Assembly (NCBI GenBank): GCA_030264375.1
Contig: JASCQW010000132.1
Coordinates: 88,253,536-88,317,535, forward strand
Length of the DNA: 64,000 nt
Origin: Carcharhinus longimanus
Taxonomy: Eukaryota
Direction: 5' to 3'
How positions within the stretch are numbered: position 1 is the first letter of the stretch; each line of letters opens with the position of its first letter. A program made the position numbers and the translations under genes. Below the pieces are notes generated by a model. It was not told the DNA's origin. It did not search any database and worked only from the letters and a program-made list of their open reading frames with translations. Below, piece after piece: positions 50,112 through 62,146 of the stretch.

Positions 50112-50600
50112 CTGTGACATCGTGGTAATATCACTGGGCCTTTAATCCAGAGGCCCAGCTGGGGACATGGGTTCAAACCCATCGCGTCCCAAACAACCTG
50201 CAGAGCCACGGTGCCTTGGTCTGCATGGCTGTCCACTTTGTAGTATTTCTCCTGTAGCAGCTGGTGGAATTTAAATTCAGTCAATAAATCCGGACTATAC
50301 TGCGAGTCTCAGTAACAGTGAGTTAAACCAGTTTAACGGATTTATCCCATCCGTTTCCAAGTTTCTCTGCATCCACCAGTTAAACTATCATCAGTTGTCA
50401 TAAAAAACCATCTGGCTGACAAATGCCATTTAGGAAAGAAAATTTGCCATTTTTTACCAGTGACAGATCCACAGCAATGTATTACTTTTAACTGCTCTCT
50501 GAAAATGTCTAACAAAGCCACTCAGTTCAATGGCAATTAGAAATGGGCAAAAAATACTGGCCTTGCCCGCAATGCCCATGTCTCAAGGAAGAATAAAGAA
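50112..50600 (+). mobile_element. tRNA-derived SINE with LINE-derived tail, inserted in CR1
   Basis: gtggtaatatcactggg...taatccagagg...gggttcaaaccc head; ggcaattagaaatgggcaaaaaatactggcc tail. Confidence 0.8.
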
Positions 50601-50999
50601 AGCAGAGACATCACTGCTTACATTTAATAATTTGTTAGAAGAAAGGTGCAGTGCCAAAGGATTGGTGCATAACTAATATAACTCCTTTATTTAAGGAGGG
50701 GGACAAAATGTGTTGAGGGAATTATAGATCAGCTAGCTTTAAAATTGGTTGTAGGGGCAATAACAGAACACATAAAAGGGGAGAATAGAAAACCACCTAG
50801 AAATGAGAAATAATATAATGAATAGTCAGCATAAATTTTAAAAGGCGAAATCTTGCTTGACCAACTTCAGACATTTTTTGAAAGGAAAAATGTGGAATGT
50901 GGTAAGTGTAACTTATCTGGATTTTCAGGAAGCCTTTGGTAAGGTGCCCCATAATAGGTTAATGGATAAGGTTAGAGAATTGAAATTGGGACAAGTGTT

Positions 51000-51275
51000 T
51001 ATTTTTAAAGTTTATTTATTTATTAGTCACAAGTAAGGCTTACATTCACACTGCAATGAAAATTCTGTGAAATTCCCCGAGTCGCCACACTCCGGTGCCT
51101 GTTCAGGTCAATACACCGAACCAGCACATCTTTCAGACTGTGGGAGGAGACTGGAGCACCTGGACAAAATGCAGACATGGGGAGAACGTGCAAACTCCAC
51201 ACAGATAATGACTCAAGCCGGGACTTGAACCTGAGTCCCTGGCACTATGAACCAGCTGTGCTTAGCCATTGTGCA
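51000..51275 (-). mobile_element. HE1-type V-SINE with alternative tail, inserted in CR1
   Basis: tttatttattagtcacaagtaaggcttacatt...gtcgccacactccggtgcctgttc. Confidence 0.85.
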
Positions 51276-51444
51276 ATGGCAGAATGGTTTATAAGCTGAC
51301 TTCAAGATAGAAAACAAAGAGTGGAAGTAAGGGGTTATTCAGAGTGGCAGAAGATGGCAAAAGGTAATCTACAAGGACCAGTACTGGGGGCTACTGGTAC
51401 TTGTAATTTGCATTGAACATTTGGATGTCGGAATCAGAAGTACA

Positions 51445-52575
51445 GGGGCAATTCTCCCAAACGTGCTGAATTGGTGAGAAAACTGGTCTAGATCACAACT
51501 GTTTCTTCAGTGCAACTGTAGACCTGAATCTCCACACTCTGTGCAATGCAGAGGTCACAATCATGAATCTTATTAACAACCCAGAGGGCGAGGCCTATTC
51601 GCACCGGAGTCTGACAGTTGCAGAACTTTGCACATGTGCAGTGGCCCCGATCTGTCAGTCTCCCTATTTGTTGGCCAGCTCGATCGCTGGCCAGCCCAGG
51701 ACCCCGACAGTGCTGCCTTTCCAGCATCCCTCCCTAGCCCAATCGCAGTCCCCATAACAATTTCGGGCCAACCCTGACTCTCCCCCATCCCGGAGTGCCC
51801 TGAAGTCCAGCCCATACCCCCCCCAGCAGTGATGATTTTCTCAGCCCACTCCACCCCAACAGACACCCCCCCCTCACTGACACCCCCAGGGTCAGACACC
51901 CCCCCAGGAAGCAGACCCCTCCCCCTCCTTGGCAGGCCAGCCTGCCTCAATCGCTGGCTTCCCTCCAACCCAGACCGATCTCCATGCAGAGTAGCAACAG
52001 GACCCCCCCATCCCCACCAATCATCCCTGAGGCCCAGCCCACAATTGGCCCCACCCCCTTGGTACTGTCCCACACCCGTTGGGCAGTGCCAAGATGCCTC
52101 CTGTGCATAGGCACTTAGCCCCTTGGGCAGTGTCAGGGGACACAGGTTGTCACTGCCAAGGTGCCCAGGCCCAGGGGGGACCAGACCCCCATCCCCAATC
52201 CCTTCTGGGGCCCCAATTGTCCCGCATTCATTCCAGCTGGGTCTCCCGCCAGTTCCCTGAATGGGGAGCTATTCTAAACCCCGCCAAAGTGAAGTACTCC
52301 TGGCAGGGTAGGAAGTACTTTTGGGCCCAGCGATTCCCATGCCAGGTCTGATAATCATATTTAAACTATACTTAAAATAGATTAAAAACAGATTCAAATG
52401 ACTTACCTCTCTTTCCACCGGTTTCCAGCGCAGTCTTGACTGCGACTGTTCTCTGGCTCTGGGAGACGCGCATGCATCGGGAGCGCGTGCATGAATCCCA
52501 CAAAATGGCCAATACGCGATTCTCCTAACTGGACCTGCCAGAAAATTTGTGGGTCGCAATGGAAGAATCACCCCC
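51445..52575. mobile_element. 1.13-kb non-autonomous Harbinger element with 3-bp TSD (ACA)
   Basis: TIRs ggggcaattctccc and ggaagaatcaccccc; aca on both sides; removing it restores the CR1 RT frame S-T-I-S-K-S-A-D-D-T. Confidence 0.9.
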
Positions 52576-53148
52576 ACAATTTCTAAATCTGCAGATGACA
52601 CCAAATTATTTTTTTTCAGGGGGAAGGTATGGGATAGTCACTACTGAGGAACACTAGAACAAATTTCAGGAGCACATTAATAAACTTGCAGAATGGGCGA
52701 ATAATTGGCAAACAAAGGCAGATAAATGCATGACGTTACGTTTTGGTAGGCTGAATAGGGAAGTCATTTAGGAAAGTGCAAGTCAAAGTCATGTAGAGGA
52801 ACAAAGGGATCTCAGAGAACAAATACAACAATCATTAAATGTTGCACCACAGGTTAACACAAAAAAATAAACCAAGCTAAGGCTTTATTTTTAAAGGGAT
52901 AGAATCGATAATTAGGGAAGTCATGCTAATACTATATCGAACATTGGTTAGAGCACATTTAGAGTGCTGAGTGCAATTCTGGTTGCCATATTATAAAATA
53001 TATATCAAGGCACAGGAGAGGGTGAAGAGAAAAATTACCAGGATGATACATAAATGCATGAGTACGCATATCAGGAAAGGACCAAGAGTCTATGTCTCAT
53101 TTTCTTGAAAAAAGGTGGCTCAGGATGACCCAATAGAATTCTTTAAAT

Positions 53149-54137
53149 TCTCGAGGTATTCAACAAAGGATTCCTGTTGTACCTCAAGGCTGGATTTCAC
53201 CAGCCATCTGAGGATTGGCTGAAAGACGGTGGGGTCTGGGAGAGGTGGCAAGGGACAACAGGACCTGGCATGCCAGTCATTTTGCTGTCACATGTGATCA
53301 TGCCACCAGTGGGATAAATAGCAGGCCTGAAGCCTAGATAAGCCATTTAAGCATTTCAACAGCAGCAGAAAGGGGCCTTGATGCTATTCATTAAGATCAT
53401 AAATGCATAGAATTACCTGCGATATATAGTACAAAACAGGCCATTCAGCCCATCCAGTCCATGCTCAATACAAGCCTCCTCCCATCTTCCTTCAGCTAAA
53501 TCTCTCATCATAACCATCTATTCCCTCCTTATTCATATAGTTGACTAATTTTCCCTTAAATGCTTTGTCACTCCCTGTGATAGTGCACTCTCAGTTCTCT
53601 TGGAGTAAAGAATTTTTGTCATTTCTTAGTGACTCTGTTGTTGCTTCTCGCTATGTTCTTCCCCACAAGAGGAAGCATTCTCTCTGTGGAAAATTAGACA
53701 ACTATATGAATAAGGAGGGAATAGATGGTTATGATGAGAGANNNNNNNNNNNNNNNNNNNNNNNNNNNNNNNNNNNNNNNNNNNNNNNNNNNNNNNNNNN
53801 NNNNNNNNNNNNNNNNNNNNNNNNNNNNNNNNNNNNNNNNNNNNNNNNNNNNNNNNNNNNNNNNNNNNNNNNNNNNNNNNNNNNNNNNNNNNNNNNNNNN
53901 NNNNNNNNNNNNNNNNNNNNNNNNNNNNNNNNNNNNNNNNNNNNNNNNNNNNNNNNNNNNNNNNNNNNNNNNNNNNNNNNNNNNNNNNNNNNNNNNNNNN
54001 NNNNNNNNNNNNNNNNNNNNNNNNNNNNNNNNNNNNNNNNNNTCTCCCAGACCCCACCGTCTTTCAGCCAATCCTCAGATGGCTGGTGAAATCCAGCCTT
54101 GAGGTACAACAGGAATCCTATGTTGAATACCTCGAGA
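53149..54137. repeat. 95-bp inverted repeat (53149-53243 and 54043-54137), 1 mismatch
   Basis: Manual reverse-complement alignment; the second arm abuts an N gap. Confidence 0.9.
53400..53700 (-). mobile_element. CR1 LINE 3' end, decayed
   Basis: catagaa...caggccattcagcccatccagtccatgct...ttcccttaaatgc. Confidence 0.6.
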
Positions 54138-54974
54138 CCACTTGCAAGCAGCCATGGTACTTTTGTACTTAGACTCAATTCTTTTGAGAGGCTGCCTCCT
54201 TCAATTGCATAATATGAGTCAGATGGCCCCCTTACCCCATCAATAAAGCCCTGAGACTTGACTTTATAATAATAACTTCAGCAACTCCACCGACTATCCT
54301 GGTGATCACCACAGCACATCCAATGCACAGTTTTTTGTAATTCTTTCTCAGTTGAGCTAATGCTGAGTTAAAAACGATGGGTGTTGTATTCATTCCTGTG
54401 TGTGTATGTGTGTGTGTGAGAGAGAGTGAGTGAGATAGAGCTTGTTAGATCGGGAAAGGCTACTTCATGCCATTCAGTCTCAATGGTCCCTCGTTTACCT
54501 TCTTCTCCTTTGTACTAATCAACCATTTTCCTCTTTCTGTATGCAGCAGCATATTTATCAGTCACAAATCACACTTGGAGTGTGTAAATCTCATATTCAG
54601 CTCTCCAGCGTTTGGCAGGAGTTACAGGAGCGACAGCTTCCTGGATCTTTTGGAATAAAATTGTTCATGTTTTGGTTTATATGTCAGCTTGCTTATTGAC
54701 AATGTGTAGATCATGCAATCCCAAATCTGACACTGATCTTGTCTTGGGCATGGGGCCACACTATAAGTGTTTTAAAACTGACAGATTTTTGGTTGAGATT
54801 TCAGGAAAACAGTTGGTATCTAGACTGGCTCACTCGTGTTTATACTGTTAAAACCAACTCCCTCATCTCGACAGCAGAAAGATAAACCCAGGAAAATTTC
54901 AAGCTAAAATTCTGTTGTCAGGATAAGGAAGCTAGCTTTGGCAATGCAAACAAAGAACGAGAACCTTACTTAGG

Positions 54975-56410
54975 GCCTGCAGCTGAAGGCACTGATACCA
55001 ATGGTGAAGCAATTAAAATCAGGGATACTCAAGAGACGAGAATTAGAACAGCACAGATATAACGAATGTTGTGGGGCTAGAGGACACAGAAGAGACAAGA
55101 AAGACCATGGAAGCATTAGAAAGGATGAGAATTTTAAAATTGAGAGTTGTTTAACAGAGAGCCAGTGTAGGCTCGCAAAGACGGGGTAATGAGTAAGTAG
55201 GAATTGGTGCTAGTTGGGAAACAACAGGCAGATAGGTACGTTTGGGATCATCTGAAATTTATTGAAGGGAGAAGTTTGAGGCCAACCTGGAGTGCATTGT
55301 AATAGACAAGAGTCAACAAAAGGCATCGATCGGACTTTCAGATAAGCTGAGGCAGAGGTGAGTCAGGCAATGTTACAGAGCTAAATATAAACAGGCTGAG
55401 TGATGGTACAGATATGTGATCAGGCGACTAAGGTTGTAAACAGACTGTTTTAGTCTCAGGTTTTACCACAAAGAGGAAATGTTGGCACAAGAACCAAAGA
55501 CAATGGTTTTGATCTTCCTAATATTCAACCGGAGGGAATTCCTGCCTATGCAGTACTGAATGTTGAACCAAGCAGTCTAATTATTAGCAATAGTAGAGGA
55601 GTCAAGAGGTGGTGAGGGAGAGTGGGATGTTGTTAATGTACATGTAAAAACTGATGTGTTTTTACATGATGTATCGAGGGGAAACATGTGGATGAAGAAC
55701 AGCAGAGGACCAAGGATTGATCAAGCAGATCAGTTGGAGGGACCAGAGATAATAGCTCGAGAGCAGAAAGTGAAACCATTGCAAGTGGTTTGGTTACAAT
55801 TAAATAATGAAACAAGGCAAGTGCAGTGCCAGCGGAGAGGTGTTAGAGGAAGATGGTGCAGTCAACCATGTCAAACACTGCAAACAGCTGAGGAAAGACA
55901 CAGATGGATGGTTTACCTTTGTTACAAGCACATGGAGTATCATCTGTGACATTGATAAGCAACATTTCAACACTGTGGCAGGGGTAGAAACTAGAATGAA
56001 CAAAATATAAAATATTGGAAAGATGAACATGAATTTGGGAAGATGACAACATATTCAAGGGCTTTGGAGAGGAAATAAAGGTTGGAGATGGAGTGTTATT
56101 TTGCATGGATGGGGGTGGGGATGGTTAAGGATCATTCTTTTGAAGAGAGGGATGACAATGGGAGACTTGAAGGCCAGAAGGGTAGTATCTGAAGAGAGAA
56201 CTGTTAACCATTAGTGGAAGTTTGTCCAGGTGGACTAGTAGAAGAAAGTGAATGGCAGAGACAGCAGTTCAGAGGATCCCAATCTTCATGTCAAAGAAGT
56301 CGATAACTCCTCCCATTTGTTGCTGACATTGAGGGTGGAGGAGACAAGGATTTAATTAGACATTCTGCAGTGGAGAAAAGAATCCACGTGTTATCTTTGC
56401 ATTCCATTTG
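54975..56410 (-). mobile_element. L2 LINE RT region, decayed
   Basis: PCHSVEMLLINVTDD...FPQLFAVFDMVDCTIFL resembles HSTETAL.KVTND...LDLSAAFDTVDH.ILL. Confidence 0.75.
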
Positions 56411-57707
56411 AATACCCATTCTAACGTCTGCTATCCAAACAAAACACACCTAGCTTCAACCAATTCTTCCATCCAGTGAATGAAGCTGTATAGATAGATA
56501 CCAATCGGTTGTAAATGCAGATTGATTTTGTGAGGAAAATCATGCATCATTTTATACAGTGCTTTGTATGGCATGGTCTATTCACAGTTACTGTTTCCAT
56601 GGGGAAAAAAAAGGTGCGAGGAAATTATCCCATCTGTACACGAGAAGTTTTCCAAATTCCAATTTCTTGCCAGGTAAAAGGTGCAAATTTCAGGCAATTA
56701 AAGTAAAAAGATGTGAAGTACCACCAGCTCAGTGCTGTGGCATCAAGTGAACTGTTGTAACATTGAGTCGAAAAATAGGAAATTTCTGCCTATGATTCAT
56801 TTGGTATAATTTTAAGCAGTTCTCTTGCAGTTTTTCTAGAATATACCAATGTCATTAAGGCACTGGTTTGGAAAGGTTACCATTCCAGACAGCATGATGG
56901 AGCTGTGTTTAAATATAAACAGACATAGAGAGGTATGTTTCAAAGGTGAAACAGTGAATAAAAGAAGATTCACATTTTCAAATCACATTATCACATCTCC
57001 ACAAACATGTCTTACTTAAAATTACTCTGAAACGCAATACTTCTTCTTCGGCAGGCTCTAGGGATAATCGACACCATGCCAGTTTGATCGGTTCTGAGAT
57101 GGCTGATAAGTCTACAACATGCAGGGCAAATGGTTCTTGAAGGGTTGGCCAGGTAAGGTGTTTGGAGGTTTGTGTGTTTTATCTTACGTCTCAGCTAATG
57201 CTCTGCACATTCCCAATAAAATCTCTCCCTGTGTTCCACACCTTCCCAGAGGAGCCATTTCTATTTTGGCCAGCCACAGGTCAGGGACTCCCATGAATCA
57301 GCAGGGATGTTTGTCCTCTTCAAGCTTTGAGGGCATCCCTAAAGTGTTTAGTGCAATAGCTGTTGTGTTGTCAGATGCTCAATGGTGACAAGCAGTGGGA
57401 TTTTACAACCTTGCTTATCCCAAAACCGTAAAATCCAACCTGTGGTCAGTGGAACTTTCCATGGTCCACCCCTCACCTGCTCTTATTCCCATAGTGGCTG
57501 GGTTGGTAAAAATTTAGCCAATATCCCCTAAACAGAAAAGAGATCAATGACCAGTTAATGTAGTAATGATGTTAGTTGAGGTGGAACATTGGCCAGATTG
57601 CCTGGAGAATCCTCGTTCATCAGTGAATACCACCCTGGATCATTAATCACATTTAATATTTCTATAGTTCTGAATGTGGGAACGAGTTCTCTCCTCAGTT
57701 TCCTCGG

Positions 57708-58191
57708 ATGGAGAAAGCTAGCACGAGGGGGCATGGCTTTAAATTAAGGGGGGGTAGCTACAGGACGGATGTCANNNNNNNNNNNNNNNNNNNNNNNNNN
57801 NNNNNNNNNNNNNNNNNNNNNNNNNNNNNNNNNNNNNNNNNNNNNNNNNNNNNNNNNNNNNNNNNNNNNNNNNNNNNNNNNNNNNNNNNNNNNNNNNNNN
57901 NNNNNNNNNNNNNNNNNNNNNNNNNNNNNNNNNNNNNNNNNNNNNNNNNNNNNNNNNNNNNNNNNNNNNNNNNNNNNNNNNNNNNNNNNNNNNNNNNNNN
58001 NNNNNNNNNNNNNNNNNNNNNNNNNNNNNNNNNNNNNNNNNNNNNNNNNNNNNNNNNNNNNNNNNNNNNNNNNNNNNNNNNNNNNNNNNNNNNNNNNNNN
58101 NNNNNNNNNNNNNNNNAACTGGTCGGCGCAACATCGTGGGCCGAAGGGCCTGTTCTGCGCTGTAATGTTCTATGTTCTATGTTCTATGTTC
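57708..58191 (+). mobile_element. Young CR1/HER1 LINE 3' end spanning a gap
   Basis: STRGHGFKL motif; gggccgaagggcctgttctgcgctgtaa followed by (tgttcta)n tail. Confidence 0.85.
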
Positions 58192-58378
58192 AGTTGTTAA
58201 CCAAGCTTTCTCATGTGACAGCAAAAACACTCACTCCTATGTAACGTAAAAATAAGACGTTGGTATCCAGGCATAATCCTTCTGTGATCTAAACCACATA
58301 AGTAATAAATGTAAAAGGCTTATTTTAAAAGTCACATTACGCAGAGAGGCCATCATGGTAACATTTTAATGAGGTGTC

Positions 58379-58642
58379 TGTGGTAACATGGATCCTTTAA
58401 GGGGGCAATCCTTTGTGAGCCACTTGATTGGGCCAGGCCCTATGGAGGAGGCTGCAGGGGAAGCCAAGCTTATTGGGAGTAAGGGTGCATGTCCTGGGAC
58501 AGTGAGGATGCTCAGTTGGAGCCGGATAGGAGTGGAGAGTAAATGTGTATATCAGTTTTGTCAAATCCTTATCTTGTATGTATATTAGTTAATAAACCAT
58601 TTCTTGTTGGAGCCACACTGAGTCGCCTTCCAATTTAGCACA
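58379..58642 (+). mobile_element. Solo LTR, 264 bp, with 5-bp TSD
   Basis: Termini TGTGGTAA...TTAGCACA; AATAAA at 58591; gtgtc at 58374-58378 and 58643-58647. Confidence 0.85.
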
Positions 58643-58799
58643 GTGTCAGTGTTGTTTCACTGGAGTAAGTGAGAGACTAGTGGACTGTTGGTGGCATTGT
58701 TCTTTCAAATAAAGTGTTAAACAAATATCTCACCTGCTCTGTTCGGTGAACATAAGAGATCACAGTGCACTTTTTGAGGAAGTGCAGACGTTGTCCTGA

Positions 58800-59765
58800 G
58801 ATAGGATTTTCCATGTTGGCTTCAGGACTGTCAGCCCCAAACTGGGGTCAGAATCCTGCACTCTGAGCTGTGATTGTCCCCATATTGGTCAATTAGTCGC
58901 CAGAAGGCAGGCTCACCTTCATGCTAAGGACAACTATTGTAGTTGGGAAGACAATAGGAGGCCCTCCTATGCAGAAGTAGCAGTATAATATCCTTATAGA
59001 TCAGTGAGGGATAGGACACCCAAAATTAAGACTTCCTCTCTCAAACTTGTTAAAATATAAAATAAAACAAGGCCTTTTCAGCTCGGCCAGTACTGTGGCA
59101 GAATAGGAAGGGATGGGTGGGGTACCCTACTGTGCGCGAGCCTGCAGTGGTTGCTGCACAGAGGTGGGGCAGGAAACCTTGCTAAACCTTGTCTACAGTT
59201 CTGGCTCCTCCCATGGTCTGCCACTGCAAGGCTGCGCCCAGGCAGCTGTACTCTCTCCACCTATAGCAGGGACTTGGAAGCCAACTGGAAAATTCCAGCC
59301 AGCCTCTGACAATAGGCCTCGGTATTCACTTTATCCACGATTATCCTCTGGCCACTGCTTGCAGGCAGATTGCCCTGATGCTCCCCCACTTGCATCCTCA
59401 CTGAATATTCAAACCGCGCCACCATGATTTCACAGCGGCACGGTTTACAACAGCTCCATAAAAGCAAGCCTGGTGACCTCACCTCTGAGAGGGATATCAG
59501 AGGAGAACTCACAGGTCACCACTACTCACCTGGGAGTCCAATGGAGAGGGGACATCGGAGAGGAAGTGGGAAAGCAGCTATGGGGGGGTGCGTTGTCTCC
59601 TGGCTGTTCTGGAGTGAGAAATGCTTCTCACAGGCCCAGTACAGGCCTCCATTTTTGTGGCACCCTTGGTCTTCAATGGGTGGGGAAGGGTATTAGTGAG
59701 CCCTTTTCACATCTCCGGTTGCCCCCTCTGGAGCTTAAGCGAAAATTACTAGGAGAAAATATCTT
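58800..59765. mobile_element. Non-autonomous Harbinger-type element, decayed
   Basis: Ends gataggattttcc and gaaaatatct; internal ggtcaattagtcgcc motif. Confidence 0.4.
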
Positions 59766-61679
59766 TTTGGAGTAGCAGCTGGAAGGGAGTGGGAGCAGGA
59801 ATATCCACCAGGTCAGTATATGGGAGACTGCAAGGTCGCATGGGGGTTTTGATGACTTGCCAAGTCAGATGCACAGTGTGTGAGAATGATTTTTTCCATG
59901 AAGACAGAAGGACCCTGACTCAGAGGGATTAATGAAACCATTCACATTTATCTCCTACCTCGCATCCCCCTCCCCGCCCCTGACTCCACCCTCAGATTGC
60001 AAGGGATGGCTGTAAGCATAAATAGTGTGGATGGGCCCAACCAATGGTCCTACCAGGAGGCTAAGCCATCAGGAATATCAATCATCATGCTTGGCTGGAT
60101 GTACAAGATGGAAGGTTCATATGAACTGCTACTCATGAGAGTTGGGGAACTGTAGTTTCATGTTAATGATCAAATTGAGTATAACCTGGAAGCTTGAAAA
60201 TAACCTAGCCTGCCACTGGAAGAACCCACTTGCCTAACAACATTCTTAATCCTTCTTTGACGAGTCAGTTATGTCCATAGGTCAGCATTATAATGGGTGA
60301 TGGATGATGCTGCCACTGATTGGTACTAACTGGCCAAGCATTGAGCTCCGTGGTTTGCACTCAGCTTTCAATTAGAGAGAGGTGACACACTTTCAGCTCC
60401 CAATACAAAGGTCACAGAGCTCACCAGGCAGCCCTGATCCAAGAAATGTTGTGGCAATGATGGTCCTCCCTCACCCCCCCATTCTTGCATGTCAGCACAC
60501 AGGGTCTATACATTGATGCATATGCCCTCAGTCCTCACCCTTGGGAAGGTGGGAGTGGGCCACCAAGGCTATCTAAGGTAGACATCCATCTGTCACATAG
60601 TTGGGAGAGGCTCATGTGGGGACATGGTCATAATTTGTGAGAGTAAAGGAGTGGAACTCAGTAGGAAGGCACTCACATAAAGGAATGCCAAGGGATGAAT
60701 GTCCCATATCTTGATGGGGCAACGGGTCAGGGCATTGGCAGTACTCCAAATTGCTCACAATTCTGTCCCCTCCCTTTCAGTTATTGAACCTTGATGATCA
60801 TGGAGCCAGTGGAGTTGGCTGTCCTAATTGTTGTGGCCAGCAGAGATGACGTCAACATGTGGTTGCATGTTGGCAGGATCTGTGCCCTGCAGAGGAGGGG
60901 TGGCAGGGCATCCTGGGTAACTGGGGGCAGGACCACACATAGAGATGGCTCAAAAGTGCCACTAGCAGGCACAGGTCAACCCGAGGAGAAACCCTTATTT
61001 TTAGATGATGGAGAACCAGTATTGGTGTCAACTGCAGATGTCCCAAGTAACAGTGGACCATCTATGCCAAGTGCTGTAGGAGATGGTGCCATACAAAGTG
61101 GGTCATGCAGCCACTCAACAGTAGCCCTGACATCCAGTCAATCCACAGGAAGCAGAAAGTTGGCATGCTGTCTATATTGCATTTAATGAAAGTTGGTTAA
61201 CTGCATATCGCAATCCCTGCTTTCTGGGGCTACCGAATTTAGCTGGAAGGAGATTTTAACTGACACATAGCTTGCTGTTGATTTTTTGCTACTGAGCCAA
61301 CAAGGTGCCAACAAGCCATCAAGTGAAACTAACTTTAAATAATAACTTAAAAACTTATGGTTTTGTAATTTGCCAGACCATAAAATTGTGTGAAAATGTT
61401 GCTTTTACTTAGTTTATAGCAAAATGCATCCTTTGCATGAAAAGCAAAAAGGGGAAATTAAACCCCCCCCCCACCCTTTGTTTCAACAGATTTGGTTAAT
61501 TTGGTTCTGCCATAATTCTGTGACCATTTTAATGTGAAAGTTAACAAGGTTTCCTTTTGACTTGGAATCACAAGTGATTTACTGCTGTTGTGTGTCAGAC
61601 TGTAATCTACTATTCTTCCTTCACTAGATGTAGAGTGGGGAAGAAACATTGCAAATACTAAGCCAAATCAGCTGCAGAA

Positions 61680-62098
61680 AAAGAAAGACATGCAGTAGTA
61701 TAGCAACTTTCACAACTTCAGGATCTCCCAAAGTGTTCAAGTACTTCTGAAATGTCATGTTGGAGAGGCAGCAGCCAATTTTTACACAGCAAATTCTCCC
61801 AAAGAGCAATACATCAAATGACCAGATAATCTGTTTCAGTAGTGTCAATTGAGAGATAAGCAGGACACTGGGGAGAACTCCACTACTCGTGTTCAAAATA
61901 GTTCAACAGTCATGGGAACTTTTATACTCACCTGAGAAGGACCCTGTTTAATGTTATATCCTGAAGACAGCACCTCCAACAGTAAAGTACTTCACAGGAT
62001 CAGCCTTGTGTTTGAATCTCTGGAGTGGACCCACTCCCTGAATCCACAACCTTCTGACTCAGAGATAAGAGTGCTACCAGCTTGGCTTTGTTGACACT
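61680..62098 (-). mobile_element. Deu-domain SINE (SacSINE1-like), near full length
   Basis: gcagccaatttttacacagcaa, ggacactggggagaactccc, gacagcacctccaacagt, acaaccttctgactcagagataagagtgctacc. Confidence 0.75.
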
Positions 62099-62146
62099 TC
62101 AGCAGACATTAATAGCTCTAACCTAGCTTACATTTATTATGTTAAT

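Larger units (their letters stand above)
49100..53165 (+). mobile_element. Old CR1 LINE (ORF1 to RT) split by three younger insertions
   Basis: ORF1 relic near 49150-49800; DKTPGPGGFHP near 50035; NYRSAS; KSCLTN; YLDFQEAFGKVPH; QGPVLG; TISKSADDTK at 52576. Confidence 0.85.

Noticed and set aside
54397-54440. (TG)n/(AG)n tract
   Set aside because: Common short microsatellite
54548-54660. Plus-strand terminal exon ending SDSFLDLLE* with AATAAA
   Set aside because: No recognisable protein and no linked upstream exon
59900-61200. Possible additional Harbinger gene relics (also 18500-19270, 37790-38060, 43190-43900)
   Set aside because: Composition is suggestive but no diagnostic motif could be aligned with confidence
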